64,000 nucleotides of DNA, from NCBI GenBank assembly GCA_963845795.1, contig CAWJTG010000001.1, forward strand, positions 967 through 64,966. Reading direction: 5' to 3'. Below are positions 1 to 9,810 of the stretch, in pieces. Numbering within the stretch: position 1 is the stretch's first letter; every line of letters begins with the position of its first letter. The notes beneath the pieces are model-generated. The model saw only the letters and a program-made list of their open reading frames with translations. It searched no databases and had not been told where the DNA came from. Position numbers and translations under genes: made by a program. Source of the stretch: an uncultured Actinomycetota bacterium. GTDB taxonomy: Bacteria; Actinomycetota; Actinomycetes; Propionibacteriales; Nocardioidaceae.

Positions 1-1
1 G

Positions 2-382
2 CTCGCCGTCGAGCGGCGCGACCCGCTGTCGCGGGCGGAGGCGACGCTGCTCGACGACCTCGCACGCCAGGCGCGGCTCGTGCTCGACCACCTCAGCCTC
101 ACCGAGATGATCACGGCCGAGCAGCGGGCGGGCCACCTCGATGGGCTCACCCGACGCGAGCGCGAGGTGCTCGAGCTGGTGGCGCGCGGCCTGTCGAATG
201 CCGCGATCTGCGACGAGCTCCACCTCAGCGTCAAGACGGTCGAGCCTGTCGTGGGCAGCATCTTCGCCAAGCTCGGCCTCCACGCCGACTCGGCGAGCAA
301 CCGTCGCGTGCTGGCCGCGCTCGCCTACGCACGAGCCGAGGTCTCGCCAGCTCCCCCGCTCGGCTCGATCGACAGGTCGTGA
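2..382 (+). CDS. LuxR/NarL-type HTH transcriptional regulator, 5'-truncated by the window edge
   Basis: Frame is open from position 2 (LAVERRDPLSRAEATLLDDLARQA...); C-terminal LTRREREVLELVARGLSNAAICDELHLSVKTVE is a LuxR HTH. Confidence 0.85.
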   Translation, partial: LAVERRDPLSRAEATLLDDLARQARLVLDHLSLTEMITAEQRAGHLDGLTRREREVLELVARGLSNAAICDELHLSVKTVEPVVGSIFAKLGLHADSASNRRVLAALAYARAEVSPAPPLGSIDRS

Positions 383-525
383 CCTGGCCGGGCGCCGATC
401 GCGCTAACACCGCCTGCCACGGCCTGACACCCGCCGGGGTATTGGCGCCCAGGCGAGGTGCAGGGCATCCTGGCCGGACGGTCCCGCTCCCCCGGGCCGT
501 CTCCCCCACCCCCGAGGTACGACCC

Positions 526-1131
526 ATGCTCCCGACGCGCCCGCCCGACCCACTCCACGACCGGTCCCTCGACCACTACGCGCGCCTGGTGCGGCGGCTG
601 CTACGCGCGCCGGTGGCGCTCGTGACCATGATCCAGGAGCACGAGCAGGTCTTCCTGGGCGCCGAGGGTCTCGACGGGCGTTGGGCCCGCACCCGGCGTG
701 CGCCGCTCGGCCACTCGCCCTGCCAGCACGTCGTCTCGTCCGGACACCCGGTCGTCGTCAACGACGCTCGCCGCGACCTCCGCTTCGTCGAGCACGCCGG
801 CCCTGCCGAGATGGGGATCGTGGCCTACGCCGGGTGGCCGCTGCGTGACGAGTCCGGCGCCGTCATCGGCTCGATCTGCGCGATCGAGTCCCGCCCCCGC
901 GAGTGGACCACCGACGACCTCGACCTGCTCAAGGACCTCGCCTCCGGCTGCTCGGCCGAGCTGCGGCCCCGTGCGTCCCTGGCGACCGTGCTGGACCAGC
1001 TCGCCCAGCTCGAGCACGAGCTGGCGACGGCACAGCCCACGGTCGCCGACCGGGTCGCCGCGATCCGGCGCGGGGTCGCCGGCCCAGACACCGGGCACCT
1101 GCGGCTGGTCGCCGACGCCCAGACCTCCTGA
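526..1131 (+). CDS. Stand-alone GAF domain protein
   Basis: LDHYARLVRRLLRAPVALVT...SPCQHVV...VVNDARRDLRF...AYAGWPL...IGSICAIESRPREWT is a typical GAF signature; ATG at 526 follows GAGG. Confidence 0.8.
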   Translation: MLPTRPPDPLHDRSLDHYARLVRRLLRAPVALVTMIQEHEQVFLGAEGLDGRWARTRRAPLGHSPCQHVVSSGHPVVVNDARRDLRFVEHAGPAEMGIVAYAGWPLRDESGAVIGSICAIESRPREWTTDDLDLLKDLASGCSAELRPRASLATVLDQLAQLEHELATAQPTVADRVAAIRRGVAGPDTGHLRLVADAQTS

Positions 1132-1143
1132 GACCAGCGGCTC

Positions 1144-2022
1144 CTAGGACACCGGCTCCTCGCTGACCGTGACGACGCGACGGATCGCGAACCCGGCCAC
1201 CAGCGCCAGCGGGAACATCAGCACGCCGTAGACGGCCGCCGGGACGGCGAGCTCGTCGTTGTCGAGCACGCTGAGGGCCACGGCGATCGCCAACGTGCTG
1301 TTGTGGATGCCGACCTCGAACGCCGAGGAGAGCGCCTGCCGGTCCTGGACACCGAGCACCCTCGGAACGGCGAAGCCGACGGCCAGGCTGATCACGCAGA
1401 ACAAGGTGGCGACCGCGCCGATGTCGAGCAGGTAGTCGGCGAGGTTCTCGCGCTCGGAGAGGAGCGCGCCGACGATCACGAGGAACAGGACGACCGCCGA
1501 GGCGATGCGCACCGGCTTGTCAGCGCGATGCGCGAAGGCGGGCGAGCTGCGCCGCACGACCATGCCGATCGCCACCGGCACGAGCACGATCGCGAACACC
1601 TGGAGCGTCTTGCCGAACTGCAGGCCGATGTCGTCCCCACCGGGCGGGTCGAAGTAGCCGATCGCCAGGTTCACCACCAGCGGGAGCGTGAGCACGGCGA
1701 GCACCGAGTTCACCGCGGTCAGGGTGATGTTGAGGGCGACGTCGCCCCGGAACAGGTGGCTGAAGAGGTTGGCCGTGGTGCCGCCCGGCGACGCGGCCAG
1801 CAGCATCATCCCGACGGCGAGCAGCGGGTCGAGGTCGAAGGCCAGCACCAGTCCGAAGCACACCAGGGGCAGCACGACCACCTGCAGCCCCAGCGCGATC
1901 GCCACCGGCCGTGGCTCACGACCCACCCGGCGGAAGTCGTCGACCGTGAGCGCGAGGCCCAGGCCGAACATGATGATCGCGAGGGCGACCGGCAGCCCCA
2001 CCGACGTCAGCGCGGAGTCCAT
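1144..2022 (-). CDS. Bile acid:sodium symporter (BASS/SBF) family transporter
   Basis: IMFGLGLALT, ASPGGTTANLFSHLFRGDVAL and EVGIHNSTLA motifs; multiple TM segments. Confidence 0.9.
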   Translation of the reverse strand: MDSALTSVGLPVALAIIMFGLGLALTVDDFRRVGREPRPVAIALGLQVVVLPLVCFGLVLAFDLDPLLAVGMMLLAASPGGTTANLFSHLFRGDVALNITLTAVNSVLAVLTLPLVVNLAIGYFDPPGGDDIGLQFGKTLQVFAIVLVPVAIGMVVRRSSPAFAHRADKPVRIASAVVLFLVIVGALLSERENLADYLLDIGAVATLFCVISLAVGFAVPRVLGVQDRQALSSAFEVGIHNSTLAIAVALSVLDNDELAVPAAVYGVLMFPLALVAGFAIRRVVTVSEEPVS

Positions 2023-2050
2023 GGGGCGTCACTCTGGCAGAGGCAGGGCC

Positions 2051-2518
2051 TCAGCGGGCCGGGTTCGAGCGGCCTGTCGCGCGGCTGCGCCCGCGGAGCT
2101 CGGCGAGCACACGACCGTCGGATGCGCGTCGCACGGTGACGTCGTACAGCCCGGCGCGACCGCGCAGCGCGATCTCGCGTGCCGTGGCGACGAGCTCGTC
2201 GCCGAGCCGGGCGGGCTCGAGGAAGGTGATGTCGAAGCCGGCGGCGACCGTGACCTGCCCGTGGGAGTTGCAGGCGACGGCGAACGCGCTGTCGGCGAGC
2301 GAGGCGACCAGCCCCCCGTGGGCGAGGTCCCAGCCGTTGACCATGTCGGCGCGTACCTCCATCGCCACCTCGGCGCTGCCGGGGCCGACCGCGACGACGC
2401 GCATGCCGAGCATCCGGCTGGCCGCGTCACCGGCCCACATCTCCTCGGCGCAGCGACGCGCGAGATCGTCGGTGTCGTCGGTGTTGTCGGTGTCGTCGGG
2501 GTGCGCCGGCTCAGGCAT
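2051..2518 (-). CDS. paaI: Hydroxyphenylacetyl-CoA thioesterase PaaI (hotdog fold)
   Basis: MWAGDAASRMLGM, MVNGWDLAHGGLVASLADSAFAVACNS; lies in the paa operon. Confidence 0.9.
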   Translation of the reverse strand: MPEPAHPDDTDNTDDTDDLARRCAEEMWAGDAASRMLGMRVVAVGPGSAEVAMEVRADMVNGWDLAHGGLVASLADSAFAVACNSHGQVTVAAGFDITFLEPARLGDELVATAREIALRGRAGLYDVTVRRASDGRVLAELRGRSRATGRSNPAR

Positions 2519-3572
2519 CGAAGTCCACGTGCACCTCGTCGCTGACCGGGTGCGTCTGGCAGGTGAGCACGAAGCCGCGGGAGAGCTCGTCGTCGTCGAG
2601 GGCGTAGTTGCGCCGCAGGTCGACCTCGCCGCTCACCACCTTGGCCCGGCAGGTGCCGCACACGCCGCCCTTGCACGCGAACGGCAGGTCGCCGCGGACC
2701 GAGGCCGCGGCGTCGAGGATCGTCTGCGAGCGGGGCATCGGCGAGGTGGTGCTGCGCCCGTCGAGCGAGACCGTCACGGTGCTGGTGTCGCCCTCGACCG
2801 CGGCCTCCTCGCGGTGCACCTCGGGCGGCGGCTCGTCGACGTGGAACAGCTCGACGTGCACCTTCTCGACGGGGACACCGAGCTCGGTCAGGAGGTCACG
2901 GGTGGCGGTGACCATCGGGAACGGGCCGCACAGCCACACGTGGTCGACGTCGGCCAGCGGCACCAGCACCTGCACCAGCCGGCGCAGCCGCTCGGCGTCG
3001 AGCCGCCCGGAGAACAGGTCGACCCCGCGCGGCTCGCGCGAGAGCACGTGCACGAGCTGGAAGCGCGCGGGATGACGGTCCTTGAGGTCCGCGAGCTCCT
3101 CGGCGAACATCACGGTGCCGGTGGTGCGGTTGCCGTAGAGCAGCGTCACCCGCGCGTCGGGATGGGCCAGCACCGACCCGGCGATCGACAGCATCGGGGT
3201 GATGCCGGACCCCGCGGCGATGCAGAGGTGGCGCCCGCCCTCGTCGCGGATCGCGCCGTCGGCGCGGAACCGGCCGGACGGCGTCTGCACCTCCACCCGG
3301 TCGCCGGGCCGGACCTCACGGACCAGCCACCGCGAGAACAGCCCGTCCGGGATCTCGCGCACGCCGACCCGCGGCGCGGCGCCCACCGGCGCGCAGATCG
3401 AGTACGACCGGCGCTCCTCGCGGCCGTCGACGAACCGCCGGACCGTGAGCGACTGGCCGGCCTCGAAGGCGTAGTCGGCGCGCAGCTCGGGAGGCACCGC
3501 GAACGTGACCGCGGCGGCGTCGTCGGTGAGCGGCTCGACGTCGGCCACCACCAGCTCGTGGAACGTGACCAC
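2511..3572 (-). CDS. paaE: Phenylacetyl-CoA epoxidase reductase subunit (FAD/NAD-binding plus 2Fe-2S)
   Basis: RRSYSIC, AAGSGITPM, WLCGP and CKGGVCGTC...LTCQ motifs; GTG at 3572 just after the paaD stop. Confidence 0.93.
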   Translation of the reverse strand: MVTFHELVVADVEPLTDDAAAVTFAVPPELRADYAFEAGQSLTVRRFVDGREERRSYSICAPVGAAPRVGVREIPDGLFSRWLVREVRPGDRVEVQTPSGRFRADGAIRDEGGRHLCIAAGSGITPMLSIAGSVLAHPDARVTLLYGNRTTGTVMFAEELADLKDRHPARFQLVHVLSREPRGVDLFSGRLDAERLRRLVQVLVPLADVDHVWLCGPFPMVTATRDLLTELGVPVEKVHVELFHVDEPPPEVHREEAAVEGDTSTVTVSLDGRSTTSPMPRSQTILDAAASVRGDLPFACKGGVCGTCRAKVVSGEVDLRRNYALDDDELSRGFVLTCQTHPVSDEVHVDFDA

Positions 3573-3574
3573 GC

Positions 3575-4060
3575 TCAGAGCTCCTTCACGTGCTGGAAGG
3601 GCTCGCCGCAGGCGGTGCAGCGGTACAGGGCGGTGCACGCGGTGGGCCCGAACTCCGAGGTGAGCGACGGGGCGCCGTCACCGCACCGCGGGCACGCCAC
3701 CGCTCGGCGCGTCGGACCCAGGTCGATCGGGATCGGGCCCGACGACGTCGGCGCAGCACCTGGCGGCGAGACCCCTGCCCCGGCCAGGGCGGTGCGCCCC
3801 TCCTCGGTGATCCAGTCGGTCGACCACGCCGGGTGCAGGCTGACCCGCACCTCCACGTCGTGGTAGCCGTGGTCGCGCAGCCGGTGCACGAGGTCGTCGC
3901 GCATCGTCGCCATCGCCGGGCACCCGGAGTAGGTGGGCGTGATCGTGACGACGACGCCCCCGTCGGACTCCTCGACGTCGCGCAGCACGCCCAGGTCGGC
4001 CAGCGTCAGCATCGGCATCTCCGGGTCGCGGACGGTGCGGGCGACGGCGAGGGCGGTCAT
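3575..4060 (-). CDS. paaD: Phenylacetyl-CoA epoxidase subunit PaaD (PaaJ)
   Basis: DPEMPMLTLADLGVLR, ITPTYSGCPAM, CPRCG...FGPTACTALYRC..C.EPF. Confidence 0.92.
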   Translation of the reverse strand: MTALAVARTVRDPEMPMLTLADLGVLRDVEESDGGVVVTITPTYSGCPAMATMRDDLVHRLRDHGYHDVEVRVSLHPAWSTDWITEEGRTALAGAGVSPPGAAPTSSGPIPIDLGPTRRAVACPRCGDGAPSLTSEFGPTACTALYRCTACGEPFQHVKEL

Positions 4061-4073
4061 CGTGCCCACGCCG

Positions 4074-5000
4074 TCACCACCGCCCCGACGGGTGCGCCCG
4101 CGCGACCGACTGCATCTCGGCGAGCAGCCGCGACAGCGCCTCGGTGTGCCGGCCGTCGCGACCCGCCCCGCCGGCCACGGAACCGACCTGCGGGGTCTCG
4201 GGCCGGGCGACACCGGCGGTGGCGAACACGTGGTCGAGCACGCTGCCGACCTCGTCGGCCACCCGGGCCGGGTCGACGCCCACGCCCTGCGCGGCCGCGT
4301 CGCCCTCCACCTCGTGGGTGGCCAGCAGCTCGTCGTGGAAGGGCCACACGACGTCGAGCGCGGCGAGCAGCCGTCGGCGCGACTCCTCGGTGCCCTGGGC
4401 GAGGGTGACGAACCAGCGGCCGGCGTGGTCGCGGTGGTAGGTGACCTCCTTGACCGCCTTGACGGCGATCGCCGACAGCACCGGATCGCGACTGACGGCC
4501 AGCCGCTGCAGCAGCGCGAGCCGCCACACCGAGAAGACGAGCAACCGCACCATCGTCACGGCGAAGTCGCCGTTGTCGGGCTCGACCAGGCGCACGTTGC
4601 GGAAGGCGGCGTCGTCGCGGAAGAAGGCCAGCGCATCCTCGGGCGGCACCGGCGAGCCCTCGGGCAGCGCGGGGACGACGGACGGGTCGGCCGCGGCCGC
4701 CCGGGCCAGCAGCAGCCGCGCCTGACCGAGCAGGTCGAGCGCGATGTTGGCCATCGCGATGTCCTCCTCGAGGTCCGGCGCGTTGCTGCACCACTCCCCC
4801 AGCCGGTGGGAGTAGACGAGCGCGTCGTCGGCGAGCATCAGGCAGTAGGTGGCCAGCACCGCCGGGTCGACGCCGTCGGGGATCGTGGTGTCGACGCCGG
4901 CGAGCGGGTCCTCGAAGTCCGTTCCGAAGGCCCACTGCGAGGGATCGCTGCCGACCAGCCCGTCGTAGACGGACTCGTGGTCCTTGTCGGTGTCGGCCAT
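4074..5000 (-). CDS. paaC: Phenylacetyl-CoA epoxidase subunit PaaC
   Basis: LADDALVYSHRLGEWCSNAPDLEEDIAMANIALDLLGQAR; KAVKEVTYH. Confidence 0.93.
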   Translation of the reverse strand: MADTDKDHESVYDGLVGSDPSQWAFGTDFEDPLAGVDTTIPDGVDPAVLATYCLMLADDALVYSHRLGEWCSNAPDLEEDIAMANIALDLLGQARLLLARAAAADPSVVPALPEGSPVPPEDALAFFRDDAAFRNVRLVEPDNGDFAVTMVRLLVFSVWRLALLQRLAVSRDPVLSAIAVKAVKEVTYHRDHAGRWFVTLAQGTEESRRRLLAALDVVWPFHDELLATHEVEGDAAAQGVGVDPARVADEVGSVLDHVFATAGVARPETPQVGSVAGGAGRDGRHTEALSRLLAEMQSVARAHPSGRW

Positions 5001-5305
5001 CACATGTGCGGGACGTCGTCGGGGATGTCGTAGAACGTCGGGTGCCGGTAGACCTTGTCGCCGGCGGGCGCGAAGAGCGGGTCCTTCTCGTCGGGGCTGG
5101 AGGCGGCGATCCCGTCGGAGCGCACCACCCAGATCGAGACGCCCTCGTTGCGGCGCGTGTAGACGTCGCGGGCGTTGCGCAGCGCCATGTCGTCGTCGGC
5201 GGCGTGCAGCGAGCCGACGTGCACGTGGTTGAGGCCGCGTTTGCCGCGCACGAACACCTCGTAGAGCGGCCACTCGCCGCTCGGTCCCGTCGGTGGCCCG
5301 GTCAC
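5000..5305 (-). CDS. paaB: Phenylacetyl-CoA epoxidase subunit PaaB
   Basis: [50 protein letters not shown]; GTG overlaps the paaA stop. Confidence 0.95.
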   Translation of the reverse strand: MTGPPTGPSGEWPLYEVFVRGKRGLNHVHVGSLHAADDDMALRNARDVYTRRNEGVSIWVVRSDGIAASSPDEKDPLFAPAGDKVYRHPTFYDIPDDVPHM

Positions 5306-6285
5306 GAGATCCCTCCGGTGGTGTCGAGGCTCGTCGCCGGTGCTCCTCGCACCTCGACCGACGTGCGCCGGGCGTGAGCCGACGCGGCGTCGCGTACCCA
5401 GGCACCGTCGTCGTCGGCACGGCGGCGGTGCGCGATCCGCTGCTGGTTGCACGGTCCGTTGCCGGAGACCACCTGCTTGAACTCCTCCCAGTCGGGCTGG
5501 CCGAAGTCGTGGTGGCCGCGTTCCTCGTTCCACCGCAGGTCGGGGTCGGGGAGCGTGACGCCGAGCGCCGCGGCCTGCGGCACCGACATGTCGACGAACT
5601 TCTGCCGCAGGTCGTCGTTGGTGTCGCGCTTGATGCCCCACGCCATCGACTGGGCGGTGTTGGGCGAGTCGGCGTCCGGCGGGCCGAACATCATCAGCGA
5701 GGGCCACCAGAACCGGTCGACGGACTCCTGCACCATCGCGCGCTGCTCGTCGGTGCCGCGCATCATGGTCATCAGGAGCTCGTAGCCCTGCCGCTGGTGG
5801 AACGACTCCTCCTTGCAGATGCGGATCATCGCCCGGCCGTAGGGACCGTAGGAGGTGCGACAGAGCGGCACCTGGTTGCAGATCGCGGCGCCGTCGACGA
5901 GCCAGCCGATGGTGCCGACGTCGGCGTAGGAGAGGGTCGGGTAGTTGAAGATCGAGGAGTACTTCTGCCGGCCCGAGATCAGCTTGTCGGTGAGCTCGCG
6001 GCGGGAGACGCCGAGGGTCTCGCACGCCGAGTAGAGGTAGAGCCCGTGCCCTGCCTCGTCCTGCACCTTGGCGAGCAGGATCGCCTTGCGGCGCAGCGAC
6101 GGCGCCCGGCCGATCCAGTTGCCCTCGGGCTGCATGCCGATGATCTCGGAGTGGGCGTGCTGCGCGATCTGACGCACGAGCGTGGCGCGGTACTTGTCCG
6201 GCATCCAGTCCCGCGGTTCGATCCGGTCATGGTGCGCGACGGTCTCCTCGAAGCGCTCCTGCAGCCCCGTGTCCAGCGCGGTCAT
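5302..6285 (-). CDS. paaA: Phenylacetyl-CoA epoxidase diiron subunit PaaA
   Basis: [56 protein letters not shown]; RBS GGAG before ATG 6285. Confidence 0.96.
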   Translation of the reverse strand: MTALDTGLQERFEETVAHHDRIEPRDWMPDKYRATLVRQIAQHAHSEIIGMQPEGNWIGRAPSLRRKAILLAKVQDEAGHGLYLYSACETLGVSRRELTDKLISGRQKYSSIFNYPTLSYADVGTIGWLVDGAAICNQVPLCRTSYGPYGRAMIRICKEESFHQRQGYELLMTMMRGTDEQRAMVQESVDRFWWPSLMMFGPPDADSPNTAQSMAWGIKRDTNDDLRQKFVDMSVPQAAALGVTLPDPDLRWNEERGHHDFGQPDWEEFKQVVSGNGPCNQQRIAHRRRADDDGAWVRDAASAHARRTSVEVRGAPATSLDTTGGIS

Positions 6286-6301
6286 CCCGACTCCCTTTCC
6301 T

Positions 6302-6313
6302 GACCGATCGGTC
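6302..6313. promoter_or_regulatory. Perfect palindrome GACCGATCGGTC in the paaA/paaZ divergent promoter; candidate TetR (PaaR-type) operator
   Basis: 12-bp perfect palindrome between divergent paa genes; ACCGA/TCGGT half-sites resemble actinobacterial PaaR sites but without a spacer. Confidence 0.5.
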
Positions 6314-6369
6314 TGTAATACGGTGACACGGGACGCCGCCGCACGCAAGCAACCAGTGGGAGAGCCATC

Positions 6370-8407
6370 GTGACCCGACTTCTCGAGAGCTACGCCGCCG
6401 GACGCTGGTACCGCGCCGACGACGAGGGCACGCCGGTGCACGACGCCGCCACCGGCGAGGAGATCGCCCGCGTCTCGTCGTCCGGGCTCGACGTGGGCGC
6501 GATGGTCGCCCACGGCCGCGAGGTGGGCGGTCCGGCGCTGCGAGCGCTCACGTTCCACGAGCGGGCCGGGCTGCTGAAGCTGATGGCCAAGCACCTGCTG
6601 GGCGCGAAGGACGAGCTCTACGACGCCTCCTACGCCACCGGCGCCACCGCCCGCGACAGCGCCGTCGACATCGACGGCGGCATCGGCACCGTGTTCTCGA
6701 TCGCCTCGAAGGGCACCCGCGAGATGCCCAACGACACCGTCTACCTCGACGGCGCCCCCGAGCAGCTCGGCCGGGCCGGCACGTTCGTGGGTCAGCACGT
6801 CTACACCTCGCGACCCGGCGTCGCCGTCCAGATCAACGCCTTCAACTTTCCGGTCTGGGGGATGCTCGAGAAGCTCGCGCCCGCCTTCGTGGCCGGCATG
6901 CCCACGATCGTGAAGCCGGCCGGCCAGACCGCCTATCTCACCGAGCTGGCCGTGCGCCGCATCATCGAGTCCGGGATCCTCCCCGAGGGCTCGCTGCAGC
7001 TGCTCGCCGGCAGCCCCGCGGGCCTCATCGACGAGCTCGGCGTCCACGACCTCGTCGGCTTCACCGGGTCGGCGCACACCGCCGGGCTCATCCGCAACCA
7101 CCCGCAGGTCCTCCACGGCGGCGTCACCCTCAACGTCGAGGCCGACTCGCTCAACTGCTCGGTGCTCGGCCCCGACGTCACCGCCGACGACCCCGAGCTC
7201 GACCTGTTCGTCAAGGCCGTCGCCACCGAGATGACGGTCAAGGCCGGCCAGAAGTGCACGGCCATCCGCCGGGTCCTGGTGCCCGCGCGAGGCTGCGGAC
7301 GGCGTCGTCGAGGCGCTGGCGGCGCGACTGGCGACGGTCACCGTCGGCAACCCGCGCGAGGAGTCGGTGCGCATGGGCGCGCTCGTGAGCCTCGACCAGC
7401 GCGAGGAGGTGCGCAAGGCGGTGCAGTCGCTGCGGGCCTCGGCCGACGTCGTGTTCGGCGACCCCGACCACGTGGACGTCGTCGACGCCGACCACGAGCG
7501 TGGCGCCTTCCTCTCGCCCGTGCTGCTGCGCGCCCACGACGGCGCCGTCGAGCCGCACCACGTCGAGGCGTTCGGCCCGGTCAGCACCGTGATCGCCTAC
7601 GACTCGCTCGAGGACGCCGTCGCCCTCGCCGCGCGTGGCCGCGGCAGCCTCGTCGGATCAGTAGTCACCCACGACCCCGACGTCGCCCGCACCGTGGTGC
7701 TCGGCCTCGCCCCCTGGCACGGCCGGATCCTCGTGCTCGACCGCGACGACGCGCAGGAGTCCACCGGTCACGGCTCACCGCTGCCCGTGCTGGTGCACGG
7801 CGGGCCCGGCCGGGCCGGCGGCGGCGAGGAGCTCGGCGGGGTGCGCGGCGTCCTGCACCACATGCAGCGCACCGCCCTCCAGGGCTCGCCCGACCTGCTC
7901 ACCGCGGTCACCGGCGTCTGGACGGCCGGCGCCGCCCGCTCCGACGGCGGGGAGGGCTGGGTGCACCCGTTCCGCAAGAGCCTCGCCGACCTCCGGATCG
8001 GCGACACCGTCGCCTCCGAGAGCCGCGAGGTCACCCTCGCCGACATCGAGCACTTCGCGGAGTTCACCGGCGACACCTTCTACGCCCACACCGACGCCGA
8101 GGCAGCGGCGAGGAACCCGCTGTTCGGCGGCATCGTCGCCCACGGCTACCTCGTCGTCTCGCTGGCGGCCGGGCTGTTCGTGCAACCCGACCCCGGCCCC
8201 GTGCTCGCCAACTTCGGCGTCGACCGGCTCCGCTTCCTCACGCCGGTCAAGGCCGGCGACGCCATCGCCGTCACCCTCACCGTCAAGCAGATCACCCCGC
8301 GCACCAGCGCCGACTACGGCGAGGTGCGCTGGGACGCCGTCGTCGCCAACGCCGACGGCGACCCGGTGGCCACCTACGACGTCCTCACCCTCGTGGCGAA
8401 GTCGTAG
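6370..8407 (+). CDS. paaZ: Bifunctional oxepin-CoA hydrolase / aldehyde dehydrogenase PaaZ, with an apparent +1 frameshift near 7288
   Basis: [25 protein letters not shown] and [11 protein letters not shown] in the first frame; continues in a second frame with [15 protein letters not shown] and a MaoC domain ([17 protein letters not shown]). Confidence 0.9.
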
Positions 8408-8501
8408 CGAGGGCGCGAGGAACGAGCGCGCTCGCGTGACGACTGAAGGTTGAGCAAGCCCTCCGGCTGAGGAACGAAGCCGGAACGGGCGCGTCGAAAC
8501 C
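8408..8501. repeat. REP-like palindromic element(s) between convergent paaZ and mycP
   Basis: GGTTGAGC...GAGGAACGA...GCGCGTCGAAACC; GAGGAACGA occurs twice here and again at ~19304. Confidence 0.5.
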
Positions 8502-8516
8502 ACGGGAGGTCAACGG

Positions 8517-9810
8517 CTACGTCCGGAGGTCGGTCTCTCTACGACGCCGGCCGATCACCGGGCGTAGGAGGAGCAGGACGGCGATCAGGCCGCCGGCGCC
8601 GAGGGCCCACCAGACGGCGTCCTCGCGCGCGGAGGCGAGCAGGTCCGGGTCGGGTGGGTCGATGGCGGCGGGCCGGTCGGGCGACTCGGGCTGGTCGAGG
8701 CGGGCGACGCCGCCGTCCTTCCGCGGCTCGACGACCCGTTGGAGCGCCTCGAGCGGCTGCACGACCCCGGCGCCCTGGAAGCGTCCGGCGTTGGGGCCGC
8801 CGGGGGTGGCGGGGCCCGCGGCGGTGTCGACGAGGCGCGCGACGAGCTGCTCGGGCGACTCCCTCGGGAATGCCGACCGCAGCAGCGCCAGCACCCCCGA
8901 CACCGTGGCCGCGGCGTAGCGCGAGGAGGCCTCCGGGAGCGTGCACCGCGTGCCGTTGACGGCGTAGCTGATGCCGCCCTCGGTGGGCACCGCCACGGTG
9001 GTGGCCGAGCTCGGGAGCACCACCGTGCGGGGGTCGACGCCGTCGGCCACCGTGCTCGTGGCCGCCACGACGCGAGTCGTTCGAGAGCGCGTACCCCGCG
9101 GGGAAGACCTCCTGGGCGGCGTCGTCGCCGTCCCGCACCGTGCCGAACTCGTCCTCGAACGGCTCGTCCTCGCCGGGCCGGTCGCCGCTCGGGGCCACCA
9201 GGATCGCGCCCGAGGCGGTCACCTTCCTCACCGCCCGGCGCAGCGCGGGCGAGTCCTCGATCTCCAGGGAGACGTTGACGATGTCGAGGTCCTGCCGAGC
9301 GGCACGCTCGAGCCCGCGGGCGAGCACGTCCGCCTCGAGGTTGGTGAAGTCCTCGGACTCCTCGGTGGAGTCGTAGACCCGCAGGTCGACCACCTCGGCG
9401 TCCGGGGCGATGCCGACGAGCTGGTCGCCGCGGGGTGCGCCTGCGATCAACCCGGCGACGGCGGTGCCCTGGAAGAACTGGAACGACGGGTCCTGGAGGC
9501 GCGAGGTGTAGATCTGGCCGCCGTCGCCGACCGTGAGGGTGGACGTGCGGGCGACGCCGGAGTCGACGACGCCTACGCGCACCCCACCGCCGAGCGAGCG
9601 GCCCTGGGCGCGCAGCAGGTCCTGCGCCGCCGCGACCTGGAGCGCCGCGAGCGGCGCGCCCTCGCCCTGGACCGGGTCCTTGTCCTCGTCGAGGGCGTTG
9701 ATGTCCTGGCAGTCGGCGGCCACCACCGGCGGCGCGATCCCGGGTGCCGCCACGACGAGACCCGTCGAGAACGCGGCGACGGCGAGGCAGCGCGTCAGGA
9801 CGCCGCGCAC
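8517..9810 (-). CDS. mycP: Mycosin-like T7SS S8 protein with degenerate catalytic triad; apparent +1 frameshift near 9075
   Basis: Signal peptide, VGVVDSGV, QGTAVAGLIAG, GIAPDAEVV, IVNVSL, YAAATVSGVLALL, GAGVVQP, Pro-rich linker, C-terminal TM plus basic tail; directly downstream of eccB. Confidence 0.8.

Noticed and set aside
383-525. sigmaF-type promoter or riboswitch before the GAF gene
   Set aside because: GGGTAT and GGGCAT hexamers are present but have no properly spaced -35; no recognisable riboswitch fold
7280-7300. Programmed frameshift in paaZ
   Set aside because: No slippery heptamer; it falls mid-ALDH domain and matches the window-wide +1 error pattern
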